From the human T2T-CHM13v2.0 reference genome, Homo sapiens, in the NCBI RefSeq assembly GCF_009914755.1, contig NC_060931.1: a stretch of 64,000 nucleotides of DNA, one strand, 5' to 3'. Shown here piece after piece: positions 49,313 through 64,000 of the stretch. The number at the start of each line of letters is the position of its first letter. Position 1 is the stretch's first letter. The notes below the pieces were generated by a model that searched no databases, was not told where the DNA came from, and saw only the letters and a list, made by a program, of their open reading frames with translations. The position numbers and the translations under genes were made by a program.

Positions 49313-50034
49313 TTAATCTGATTTTTTTAACCCTGTGTAGAAGCCATTTAAAATTTTTTTTTTACTTTAAATTTATTTTTTCTTGGTAAAGGTGTATACG
49401 TCAACAGTTACAAGCGAGAATACAGGGAGACATCACACCCACCCATTTTCAAAGCCACTCACTTTCTCTCCCTAGAAGTAATCATCAGTTTCTCTACATT
49501 ATTTCACAGATATTTTATGGACATATAAGTGCTTCGCTGGAAGGCTAATGTGAGTCACCAAGAGATAATATCTGCGACACTTGAAAAGAGGTGCTAGACC
49601 ATACATGAACAGATAAAGTTGGGTCTTATTCCACAAAAATATTCCATTGGTGCTCTAATAAATGGTGCTTTATGGTTTGAAGATCAGGAAATGTGAAACC
49701 CAAAGATAATTTCAAAGTAGGGGCAGTGGAGATATGGTGCTGACAATTCAGGAGTTGGAGAAACGTCTTTGTAGTTTCTTTGATTTTTTTTTTCCAGATG
49801 AAATAAGATGGAAATCAAAGGCAGCTGGTGTAAGTTCCTATACAGTCATTGTCCTGCTACTAAAGGGATGGGTGAGAAACCCAGCTCCGCATCTGGAAGG
49901 TCAGACCATTTAATAGACCCTTGAGTATTAATGTGCATAAATGCATCTCTGATTCACTGTGGGGAAGGAAATGTCTTGCTAAAATACCATTGCTAATTCA
50001 GTGGGTCCAGATGTGGCCTGGGAGTCTGCATTTC

Positions 50035-50590
<556 letters not shown>

Positions 50591-50736
50591 AGAAATAGAT
50601 TTTTAACTGAGGTGTCTTAATATGGGCATCATCCTGCTCTATATGTATACAAAATTAATATGTTGTAGATCTGTAGATTTTCTAGGAAAACAAATACACA
50701 ATAGAAAATTCCTACCTCTCCCATTTCTTTAAAGAC

Positions 50737-51017
50737 TTTTTTTTTCTTGAGACGGAGTTTTGCTCTTGTTGCCCAGGCTGTAGTGCAATGGCAACCTCCG
50801 CCCCCTGGGTTCAAGCGATTCCTCTGCCTCAGCCTCCAGAGTAGCTGGGATTACAGGCATGAGCCACCATGCCTGGCTAATTTTGTATTTTTAGTAGAGA
50901 TGGGGTTTCTCCACAATGGTCAGGCTGGTCTCGAACTCCCAAACTCAAAACTTAATTGCCACCACCTTGGCCTCCCAAAGTGCTGGGATTACAGGTGTGA
51001 ACCACCAACACCCAGCC
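50737..51017 (-). mobile_element. Alu (Sp/Sq-like)
   Basis: GCTCTTGTTGCCC; TSD TCTTTAAAGACTTTTT at 50726-50741 and 51018-51033. Confidence 0.92.
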
Positions 51018-51169
51018 TCTTTAAAGACTTTTTAAACTATCTGTCCTACCACAACTTCACAATGTTTATGTTAAAGTTTTGGTCACTAGTCACAAATAAG
51101 CAATCCATTTAAAACTTTCCCAAGCACTTTTTTTTCCGAATCATCTATATTGACACTATACTATATATG

Positions 51170-51390
51170 ATAATAAGCATGGTTTGGATGGCAGAAAGAC
51201 CAGCAGTGTAACTATGGAAAAGTTATTTGCCCTCTCCAAGCCTTGGTTTTGCCATCTATCACAGAAGATAACATTACCTACTGTGTAGTATTGTTCTTGT
51301 GAGGGTAAAGTGGAATAATGTATGTAAAGTGCTCAGCATAGGACCTAGCACATAGTAAGCACAATGAAAAATCACCATTATTGTTATTTT
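51170..51390 (+). mobile_element. MIR
   Basis: ATGTAAAGTGCTCAGCATAGGACCTAGCACATAGTAAGCAC. Confidence 0.65.
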
Positions 51391-52505
51391 TATTATAAAG
51401 AGGTTTTTTTCAGAAACTATATTACTTGAGAATAAATAAATAAACTTTTATAGGAGTTTGCTTTAAATATTCAAAGGATGCTTTTACTGGATTTTTAAAA
51501 GGCATTAATATTTATCAATATTTATGTAAACATATTCTGCTGTATTAATTAAACAATCCTATTCTCTTAGGAAATTACACGTAAGGCCTACAATAGTAAC
51601 TAAATATGTAGTTCTCAGTCAGTGAACACTGTAAATTCTTATTCAATGCTGTCTAAATGATAGAGTAATTTTTCTTACATATCTTTGCTAAGAAAGCTGC
51701 CTTTCCTTTACCAGTGTTTTGAAAATATTCTACCATCTGTGCAACAGTAAAGCTTCACTCAGTCTTCTCCAGCCCAGTGCCCACAAGGTCTCTTAGAGAA
51801 AAGAGGCTTCAGGCTTGGTAGAAAGCATGAAAATTTTCCTTTCTATGTTGAATTTCGTTACTATGAAAATAACCATGTCTATTGGAGCCCCACTGTAATG
51901 CTATTGTCAGGGCCTCTCGTATTGATAACATTAACTTATGGGACACTTGGCTCTTCAGTAATCATAGTCCTTTGGGTGAGTTCCAAGGGACGTATTGAAT
52001 CCATTCACTCTTTAGTGAAATGCCATCTCAAGTTCCAGTCAATCTGGTTGATCCAAAATTAGAGACAGAAAATGGGTATAATTTTTTTTAAGGTGAAGGG
52101 GAGAGAAGAAAAGAAAACCCAGAAACAGATCTACAAGCTAAACACAGCTAAGAAGTACTGCCATGTTTAACTGATGTGCTTTGAAACTCATCAGCAATTA
52201 CTAATGGGATGGATACTGCATAGAGATACTCTCATTACATTTCCACTGTTCTCAAGTAGAGTGACTTCCTTACTTTATTTAGAAGCTTCCTGTGTATTTC
52301 CTTCACCTGTATTAAAAGTCAAACAACAATACACATATTTCTTTAAATTTAAACGAGTATTTGAACAATTTTCTGAGAATTTTACAACTCCTTCTATGAT
52401 ATCTGGAGTCAACCAGATATCCAAATCATTAAATAAGATGGTAATGAATAGCAAAATCAACTCCCAAATTTTTACCCAGTTAAAGAAATGCTATGGATTT
52501 TTTTA

Positions 52506-52676
<171 letters not shown>

Positions 52677-53012
52677 CTAAAAAAAGGAAATAAAATAATA
52701 CTTAGCTGTGGAATGGAATTTCTCCTCTTCCATAATTATATATTCTTTGGATTTTTATTTAAAGTCAGTACTTTTTTAAGAGTTGTAAATGAATGTCTTA
52801 GAAAAGGAGGCCTTCAAATCATTAACAACTTAATTTCATGATTCTGTTTATTTTGTATTCTGTGAAGAAATCAATCTAATTATGTTTAATTGGTATCTGA
52901 TTTGAATAAATAATTACTATACAATCAAAAGGGATAAAGGTTTAAGAAATATTATTTGATATCCCAGAGCTCCTGTGGTAATAAAGAACGGCTAGGGAAA
53001 GACATTAAGTTT

Positions 53013-53014
<2 letters not shown>

Positions 53015-53046
<32 letters not shown>
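53015..53046. repeat. (AC)16 microsatellite
   Basis: perfect dinucleotide run. Confidence 0.95.
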
Positions 53047-53047
<1 letters not shown>

Positions 53048-54749
53048 ACATCCTTTAAAAAAGCATTCAGAATATTTCAGAGGGAGAATTTAAAATAGAG
53101 GAAAATAGATGCTCTGAGTTTTGAGATAAGATCCCTTTAGAAGGTTTAAGTTAGCTTTAAAAAGGCAACTCAGTAGTGAAGCACAATAAACATTACAGTG
53201 TGTCTATATATGCACCTTAGGGAAGTCTTGCCTATGGAGATCCTTATGCAGAACCTTTTTTAAAAATTTAGTTTTCACCAGTGTCACCTGCCAAGTATGC
53301 AGAACCTTGAAGGGTAAGAGGGAGTTCGCTGGAGAAGAATCGGCGAGTGTAAAAGAAGTAGGAAGAATTTAGGCTTAGAATAAGAAGGTAACTAGAAACT
53401 ACATGGAATGCTTAAGTAACCCCTGGCAGTGGAATTCCTGAAGGGCACAGTACAAAGTGTGGGAGAGGATGTTGGAGAGAGATAGAAGGCCTGCGCTGGT
53501 GGGCCACACCAAGAATCTTGGACACAGTACTACCTACAGAGGGGAAGGGTGATACCAGTTGTCACAGTGAAGTGCACAACCCTCAAGAACTAACCAGCAG
53601 TTCAGTGTTCTAACACTTCAAAGGACTTTGTTACTGTCTTATTAGTCCTCTTCCATTTCTCACCTTTTCTTTCTGTTTTTGATTGACCCATTTATGGCTC
53701 TCTTTCTCTTTGTTCTTCTTTCCTCCTCTGCCTTCTAGACTACATTTTCCTCATCTTACATTTCCATTTCTATAGCTTCCTATCTTTTTTTTCTCTCCTC
53801 TCTTTTAAAATGCTTTACTCTGCCCATTCCCCCCACCTCAGCCCCTTTTGGGGACAAAGAACAGTTATTGGGAGAGAGGGTGATGAGCCAGGCTTGGCAC
53901 AGTGGAGCCTTTGAGGGCTGAAGCTAGGTCAGACTGGGTCAATAACCCGGGTGAGGCTGAGGTTAGAGGCACATGGTGGAAAGTGGATATGTGTGTACAC
54001 CATTCTCAAAGATTTCCAGGAGTTCAGGCAAGGTTTCAGGGACAGGGACAAACTCCATCATCAAACACACAGGGCAAGCAAGAGAACCGAAAGAGACAAA
54101 GGGTCAGAAACCAGGCAGAGCTTGGATAAAACAATGGGAGCAGGTAAAGTCAAGAGCCAATGGAGCTGGGTCCCTAAAATTGTCACAAAGGGACCAGTGT
54201 CCCAAAGGTTCATTTTTAGTGGTTCTGGGAAAAGGAAAACAGAACACTTGAGTCTGTCAGCTATAGTTAAAAGCACAGGGTCAGGTTGTTAACATTAAAA
54301 AGCATTTTAAATGTTTTCATATTAATTGAATACAATTTTACAGCCTCTAAGCATAAATTTAAAACGAGGTGAATTTCACAGCAACATCCTAAGTAAACCT
54401 AGGTTTGTTTTCAGTGATTTTCCAGAAAATAATATATTTCTAACTCCTGTTAGAGCACAGTTTTATCCTCAACCTCTTTCAGGACAAAAAATATCTATTA
54501 AGATATCTAGTAAGAGGTGAAAATAAATATTAAATTTAAGTTTAACTTAAGCTAAAACTTCTAAATTCAAATGAAAATTTCTGTTCCTACATTAAGGTTT
54601 GTAGGATTGTATTTTCTGTAGGAGGCAGATTTAAAACCTATGCATTAAAACCAGCTTTCAGAGGCGGTTCCAAGATAGCTGATTAGGAACAGCTCCAGTC
54701 AACAGCTCCCAGTGCAAGTGACACAGATAACAGGTGATTTCTGCATTTC

Positions 54750-55112
54750 CTACTGAGGCCCCAGGTTCATCTCACTGCGGCTTGTCGGACAGTGGGTGCA
54801 GGACAGTAGGTGCAGCGCACCGAGCATGAGCCAAAGCAGGGGGAAGCATCCCCTCACCCGAGAAGCACAAGAGGTCAGGGAATTCCCTTTCCTAGCCAAG
54901 CAAAGCTGTGACAGACGGCACCTGGAAAATCGGGTCACTCTCACCCTAATACTGCGCTTTTCCAATGGTCTTAGCAAACGGCACATCAGGAGATTACATC
55001 CCACGCCTGGCTCAGAGGGTCCCACACCCACGAAGCCTCGCTCATTGCTAGCACAGCAGTCTGAAATCAATCTGCAAGGTGGCAGCGAGGCTGGGGGAAG
55101 GGTGCCCTCCAT
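54750..55112 (-). CDS. L1 ORF0 homologue, open and extended to 120 codons (translation not shown)
   Basis: MEGTLPPASLPPCRLISDCCASNERGFVGVGPSEPG resembles primate ORF0; ATG at element position 452 in GCTATGG context. Confidence 0.6.
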   Translation of the reverse strand: MEGTLPPASLPPCRLISDCCASNERGFVGVGPSEPGVGCNLLMCRLLRPLEKRSIRVRVTRFSRCRLSQLCLARKGNSLTSCASRVRGCFPLLWLMLGALHLLSCTHCPTSRSEMNLGPQ

Positions 55113-55711
55113 AGCTGAGACTTGAGTAGGTAAACAAAGCGGCCAGGAAGCTCTTGAGTAGGTAAACAAAGCGGCCAGGAACTGGGTGGAGCCCACCACA
55201 GCTCAAAGAGACCTGCCTGCCTCTGTAGACTCTGCCTCTAGGGGTAGGGCATAGCTGAACAAAAGGCAGCAGAAACCTCTGCAGACTTAAATGTCCCTGT
55301 CTGACAGGTTTCAAGAGAGTAGTGGTTCTCCCAGCACAGCATTTGAGATCTGAGAATGGACAGACTGCCTTCTCAAGTGGGTCCCTGACCCCCGAGTAGC
55401 CTAACTGGGAGGCACCACCCAGTAGGGGCAGACTGACACCTCACATGGCCGGGCAGCCCTCTGAGACGAAACTTCCAGAGGAACAATCAGGCAGCAACAT
55501 TCGCTGTTCATCAATATTCGCTGTTCTGCAGCCTCCGCTGCTGATACCCAGGAAAACAGGGTCTGGAGTGGACCTCCAGCAAACTCCAACAGACCTGCGG
55601 CTGAGGGTCCTGACTGTTAGAAGGAAAACTAACAAACAGAAAGGACATCCACGCCAAAACCCATCTGTACGTCACCATCATCAAAAACCAAAGGTAGATA
55701 AAACCACAAAG

Positions 55712-56728
55712 ATGGGGAAAAAACAGAACAGAAAAACTGAAAATTCTAAAAATCAGAGCGCCTCTCCTCCTCCAAAGGAATGCAGCTCCTCACCAGCAAT
55801 GGAACAAAGCAGGACGGAGAATGACTTTGATGAGTTGAGAGAAGAAGGCTACAGATGATCAAACTTCTCTGAGCTAAAGACGGAAGTTCGAACCCATGGC
55901 AAAGAAGTTAAAAACCTAGAAAAAAGAATAGATGAATGGCTAACTAGAATAACCGATGCAGAGAAGTCCTTAAAGGACCTGATGGAGCTGAAAACCATGG
56001 CACAAGAACTATGTGACGAAAGCACAAGCTTCAGTAGCCAATTCGATCAAGTGGAAGAAAGGGTATCAGTGATTGAAGATCAAATGAATGAAATGAAACA
56101 AGAAGAGGAGTTTAGAGAAAAAAGAATAAAAAGAAACAAGCAAAGCCTCCAAGAAATATGGGACTATGTGAAAAGACCAAATCTATGTGTGATTGGTGTA
56201 CCTGAAAGTGACAGGATTAATGGAACCAAGTTGGAAAACACTCTGCAGGATATTATCCAGGAGAACTTCCCCAATCTAGCAAGGCAGGCCAACATTCAAA
56301 TTCAGGAAATACAGAGAACACCACAAAGATACTCCTCGAGAACAGCAACTCCAAGAAACATAATTGTCAGATTCGCCAAAGTTGAAATGAAGGAAAAAAT
56401 GTTAAGAGCATGCAGAGAGAAAGGTCAGGTTACCCACAAAGGGAAGCCCATCAGACTAACAGCTGATCTCTCGGCAGAAACTCTACAAGCCAGAAGAGAG
56501 AGGGGGCCAATATTCAACATTCTTAAAGAAAAGAATTTTCAACCCAGAATTTCACATCCAGCCAAACTAAGCTTCATAAGCGAAGGAGAAATAAAATACT
56601 TTACAGACAAGCAAATGCTGAGAGATTTTGTTACCACCAGGCCTGCCCTAAAAGAGGTCCTGAAGGAAGCACTAAACGTGGAAAGGAACAGCCAGTACCA
56701 GTCACTGCAAAAACATACCAAATTGTAA
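55712..56728 (+). pseudogene. L1 ORF1 (338 codons) with one premature TGA at codon 49
   Basis: MGKKQNRK start; single in-frame stop at 55856-55858 (likely CGA>TGA decay), otherwise open to TAA at 56726-56728. Confidence 0.92.
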
Positions 56729-57227
56729 AGACCATCAAGGCTAGGAAGAAACTGCATCAACTAATGAGCAAAATAACCAGCTAAAATCATAATGACAGGA
56801 TCAAATCCACACATAACTATATTAACCTTAAATTTAAATGGGCTAAATGCTCCAATTAAAAGACACAGACTGGCAAACTGGATAAAGAGTCAAGACCCAT
56901 CAGTGTGCTGTATTCAGGAAACCCATCTCACGTGCAGAGACACACATAGGCTCAAAAGAAAGGGATGGAGGAAGATCTACCAAGCAAATGGAAAACAAAA
57001 AAAGGCAGGGATTGCAATCCTAGTCTCTGATAAAACAGAATTTAAACCAACAAAGATCAAAAGAGACAAAGAAGGCCATTACATAATGGTAAACGGATCA
57101 ATTCAACAAGAAGAACTAACTATCCTAAATATATATATTCACCCAATACAGGAGCACCAAGATTCATAAAGCAAGTCCTTAGATACCTACAAAGAGACTC
57201 CCACACAATAATAATGGGAGACTTTAA

Positions 57228-57842
<615 letters not shown>

Positions 57843-57911
57843 TAAAAAACCCTTCAAAAAGTCAATGAATCCAGGAGCTGGTTTTTTGAAAAGATCAACA
57901 AAATTGATTGA

Positions 57912-59069
<1,158 letters not shown>

Positions 59070-59348
59070 TGAAAATTGGCACAAGACAGGATGCCCTCTC
59101 TCACCACTCCTATTCAACATAGTGTTGGAAGTTCTGGCCAGGGCAATCAGGCAGAAGAAAGAAAGAAAGGGTATTCAATTAGGAAAAGAGGAAGTAAAAC
59201 TGTCCCTGTTTGCAGATGACATGACTGTATATCTAGAAAACCCCATTGTCTCAGCCCAAAGCCTCCTTAAGCTGATAAGCAACTTCAGCAAAGTCTCAGG
59301 ATACAAAATCAATGTGCAAAAATCACAAGCATTCTTATACATCAATAA

Positions 59349-59693
<345 letters not shown>

Positions 59694-60693
59694 TAAAAGA
59701 ACAAAGCTGGAGGCATCATGCTACCTGACTTCAAACTATACTACAAGGCTACAGTAACCAAAACAGCATGGTACTGGTACCAAAACAGAGATATAGACCA
59801 ATGGAACAGAACAGAGCCCTCAGAAATAATACCATACATCTACAACTATCTGATCTTTGACAAACCTGACAAAAACAAGAAATGGGAAAAGGATTCCCTA
59901 TTTAACAAATGGTGCTGGGAAAACTGGCTAGCCATATGTAGAAAGCTGAAACTGGATCCCTTCCTTACACCTTATACAAACATTAATTCAAGATGGATTA
60001 AAGACTTACATGTTAGACCTAAAACCATAAAAACCCTAGAAGAAAACCTAGGCAATACCATTCAGGACATAGGCATGGTCAAGGAGTTCATGTCTAAAAC
60101 ACCAAAAGCAAAGGCAACAAAAGCCAAAATTGACAAAAATGGGATCTAATTAAACTAAAGAGCTTCTGCACAGCAAAAGAAACTATCATTAGAGTGAACT
60201 GGCAACCTACAGAATGGGAGAAAATTTTTGCAATCTACTCATCTGACAAAGGGCTAGTATCCAGAATCTACAAAGAACTCAAACAAATTTACAAGAAAAA
60301 AACAACCCCACCAACAAGTGGGTGAAGGATATGAACAGACACTCCTCAAAAGAAGACATTTATGCAGCCAATAGACACATGAAAAAATGCTCATGATCAC
60401 TGGCCATCAGAGAAATGCAAATCAAAACCACAATGAGATACCATCTCACACCAGTTAGAATGGCAATCATTAAAAAGTCAGGAAACAACAGGTGCTGGAG
60501 AGGATGTGGAGAAATAGGAACACTTTTACACTATTGGTGGGACTGTAAACTAGTTCAACCATTGTGGAAGACAGTGTGGTGATTCCTCAAGGATCTAGAA
60601 CTAGAAATATCATTTGACCCAGCCATCCCATTACTAGGTATATACCCAAAGGAATATAAATCATGCTGCTATACAGACACATGCACAAGTATG

Positions 60694-60699
60694 TTTATT
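60694..60699 (-). terminator. AATAAA on the ABCB4-sense strand in the L1 ORF2 3' region (candidate antisense polyA signal)
   Basis: TTTATT in ATGTTTATTGCAGCAC; position fits the recalled major antisense polyA site of L1. Confidence 0.4.
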
Positions 60700-61985
60700 G
60701 CAGCACTATTCACAATAGCAAAGACTTGGAACCAACCCAAATGTCCAACAATGATAGACTGGATTAAGAAAATGTGGCACATATACACCATGGAATACTA
60801 TGCAGCCATAAAAAATGATGAGTTCATGTCCTTTGTAGGGACATGGATGAAGCTGGAAACCATCCTCAGCAAACTATCGCAAGGACAAAAAACCAAACAC
60901 CTCATGTTCTCACTCACAGGTGGGAACTGAACAATGAGAACACTTGGACACAGGAAGGGGAACATCACACACCGGGGCCTATTGTGGGGTGGGGGGATGG
61001 GGGAGGGATAGCATTAGGAGATATACCTAATGTAAATGACAAGTTAATGGGTGCAGCACACCAACATGGCACATGTATACATATGTAACAAACCTGCACG
61101 TTATGCACATGTACCCTAGAACTTAAAGTATAATTTAAACAAATTTAAAAAAATAAAGAAAAAAAAACTTCTAAAAAAATAAATAAAACCAGCTTTCATT
61201 TGATAAACAATTTATTCTCCAAAGTGCTAATTTTTTTTTAAATTGCCCTTACTGAGGCTTTTTAAACAAATAAAAAAAGAGGAGAGAAGACAATGAATAG
61301 GGGCTTTTGGTTACATGAGAAGTATGCAGCAGTGTTTGAGAGTGTGGATGTTTTGGTGTCTTTTTATCCATTTAATTACTAAGTTGGATTTCAGCTGACA
61401 TGACACTTAATTCTAACTTCTTTGCTACCAAATAATGGCTGTCACAGTTTGAAACACGTCATATTTACCAAAAATGGGCAAATGCTTTCTTGAGCTGCCT
61501 CTGTAAGACATATTTCAAATGAAAACCAGATGAGGAGACTTCTTCCAAAAATATTGTCTTGTCTTGTACCAACAGAAAAGCACCGAAAACTGTTTTAAGC
61601 ATAATCAGAATTCCTAATAGTTACCCCCTATTTAGCCAATTTTTTGGAAACCAAATGTGAATGTAGATTCCTTAAATTAAAATTTATGTACTTAACAATT
61701 ACTTTCTTGAAATGCAAGCTTATTTTAAGCTAAATTTGGGGTGGGGGTCTGTGAAGCAAATGCAGAAATGCATTTTCTTGAAATTGTTGAGTTTGCATTG
61801 TGCTACTAACACAATTCCCATTTTCACTTTCCTTGCACACCAGTTAGCTCTGTCCGGTGTCATCGCCAGCCTGTCTCTACTTTTTAAAAAATCATCCATC
61901 TTAAGAATGTGGGTCATTGACTATAATAAGCCAAACTTATACAGCACAGGTGCAGCAAGGACAATTTATTGCTGTCTGCAGACAG

Positions 61986-62293
61986 TTTTTTGTTGTCGTT
62001 GTTTTTGAGACAGGGTCTTGCTCTGCCACCCAGGCTGGAGTGCAGTGGTGTGATCATAACTCACTGCAGCCTCAGACTCCTAAGACCCTCCTGCCTCAGC
62101 CTCCCAAGTAGCTGGGACTACAGGTTCATGCCATGACATATGCTATTTTTTAAGATTTTTATTTTTATTATTTTGTAGAGATGAGATCTCACTATGTTGT
62201 CCAGGCTGGTCTCAAACTCTTGTGCTCAAGCAACCCTCCCACCTCAGTCTCCCAAAGTGCTGGGATTACAAGTATGAGTCAGCTCGCCTAGCT
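61986..62293 (-). mobile_element. Alu (J-like) about 100 nt downstream of exon 3
   Basis: reverse Alu arms. Confidence 0.88.
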
Positions 62294-62390
62294 AGACAAT
62301 CTTAAAGTATTTGCTTTAAAGGTAATTGATTCAATACCTCAAATTTGAATAAAAGGTAGGATTATTCACATTTAACATTTCACAGCTTAC

Positions 62391-62445
62391 CAATGTTAAT
62401 ACTCCAATCATTTTCACTGTCTTCGTTTTTTTCCTTTTTTGTTTG
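62391..62445 (-). CDS. ABCB4: ABCB4 exon 3 (55 nt), cytosolic N-terminus
   Basis: acceptor TACAG, donor GTAAGC; KQKRKKTKTVKMIGVLTL. Confidence 0.97.
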
Positions 62446-62819
62446 CTGTAAAAAATAGAATTGCTTCAATTTAAAACTGTTACAAAATGTTTTACAATCA
62501 ATTGAACATAAATATGTTTAGTTACAATATTCAACTATTATATTTTCAAATATAAGAGTGATGTTCACAAAATGTCAAAATTATTCAGTTCAACAAACAT
62601 AGCAAGCACAAAAGTAACTGTCGAAGGTACTACAAAGATACATGGATACATAAGAAATGGTCGCCTGCCTTACAGAGCTCACATACACAGGAAAGATAAG
62701 TATGCTAACAGTGTCGCTAAGTCAATTAAGTTATTTGTTTTCTAAAATTAAAAAAAATCATGATTTAAAATTAGGAATGTCTATTCTTCTGAAGGATTGT
62801 GGAGAGTGGTGTCAGGCAA

Positions 62820-63495
62820 TCTTGTTGGTGATACATTCAAAGTACATCTAGAATTTAACCACTTATCACCAGTTTCATTGCTGTCACCAGTAGGGCAGCC
62901 TCCTGCCTAGTCTCTCCACTTCCACCTATGCCGCTTCAGTCTATCTTCAACTAGCAGTCAGAGTAATTATTTCAAAATGCCAAGCCATACACTACTTCTT
63001 TGCTCAAAAACCTACAATGGCTTTCCTTTTTCTTACAATAAAAGCCAAAATCCTTGCATTAACCTCTGAGGTCCTACACGATCTGTTTGCTTATTTCCTC
63101 TCTGACCACATCCCTACTCCCAAACCTGCTTACTCTGCTCCAACCAGCCTGGACTCTCTGCTGTTCCATGAACTCACCAAACATGTACCTGACTCAGGGT
63201 CTTTGCATTGCCAGTTACCTTTTCCGGGAATGCTCTCCCCTTAGATACCCACACAGCTGTCTCCTCTCATTTCTTTCAAGTCTTTGCTCAAATATTACCT
63301 TTAAAATAAGATCTACCCTAACCACCCTACTTAAAATTACAAAGTACTCCCCTTTTGTACTCCTGATCCCCTTAACCTGGATTAATGCTTTTTTCCATGG
63401 CGTTAATTACCTTCTAACATTGGCTGTGGTTTACTTATTTAGTATGTACATTATTTATGTCTGTCCTCCGTACTATAATATAAACTCTATGAGGG
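62820..63495 (+). mobile_element. L2a relic
   Basis: GCTCAAAAACCTACAATGGCT...AAAGCCAAAATCCTT. Confidence 0.7.
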
Positions 63496-63516
63496 AGTGT
63501 GTGTGTGTGTGTGTGT
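63496..63516. repeat. (GT)10 microsatellite
   Basis: dinucleotide run. Confidence 0.9.
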
Positions 63517-64000
63517 ATGATGATTTATATATATATGATGATTTTTACATAAATATGATGCATTTATCCAGGTAAATGATAAAGTTTTACTCATAAGATG
63601 ATTCCAAATTATGTAAAGTATTGACTAAAATCACTGGACAAACATCTGCCACTAAATATGTTCAAAAGAATGTGCCATGGGCAATAGCAACATAATTAGA
63701 ACAAGAATATAACTAATTTGATTGAAGCAGGCTTAACTTCCTTTAAATATATTATCTTTGGTCTGCTTTTATAAAAATTAGTTTCACTACATTTGATTTC
63801 ATAATCATGTGGTCTTAACTTATTGTTAACTTTCTGTATTTCTCTTTTGAGCTGCTTTCTTCTTTCCAGCAGAAGCTGTGGGCTTCCCCTCTGAGGACTT
63901 TCCTGGGTTCTGAAGTGTTACTACACCTTTTGTAGGAATAGCTCCTTTGCACACGCATCAAATGTTAAGCCAGTGCAATACATAAATAGACTTCTTCATG

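Noticed and set aside
55001-55010. ORF0 first splice donor (nt 106), which would be in frame with exon 5
   Set aside because: Reads CAG|GCGTGG; GC dinucleotide with poor context
63087-63575. 162-aa + strand ORF
   Set aside because: Lies in an L2 relic and GT repeat; no recognisable domain

Overview
Human (primate) genomic DNA containing coding exons 3-23 of ABCB4 (MDR3, the hepatocyte canalicular phosphatidylcholine floppase) on the minus strand. Exons 1-2 and 24 onward lie outside the window. All 21 exons have GT-AG boundaries and join into one open frame (about residues 27-975, numbering recalled from the canonical isoform): TMD1, NBD1, linker and most of TMD2. The introns are mostly transposon-derived: a full-length, dead L1PA4-like element antisense to the gene in intron 3 (with a nested AluY), 15 other Alus, MaLR/ERV LTRs, and MIR/L2/L1M relics. 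Two things stand out. (1) A 112-bp, 88%-identical, ungapped inverted repeat that I do not recognise as a known repeat brackets exon 15 (the NBD1 H-loop exon) almost symmetrically and should fold into a long pre-mRNA stem. (2) The L1 keeps an open, extended antisense ORF0 with a consensus splice donor in frame with ABCB4 exon 4, a duplicated FOX/SOX motif in its antisense promoter and an antisense AATAAA, i.e. the parts for gene breaking and an ORF0-ABCB4 fusion. Repeat subfamily calls are from memory of consensus sequences; no searches were run and functional claims are hypotheses.
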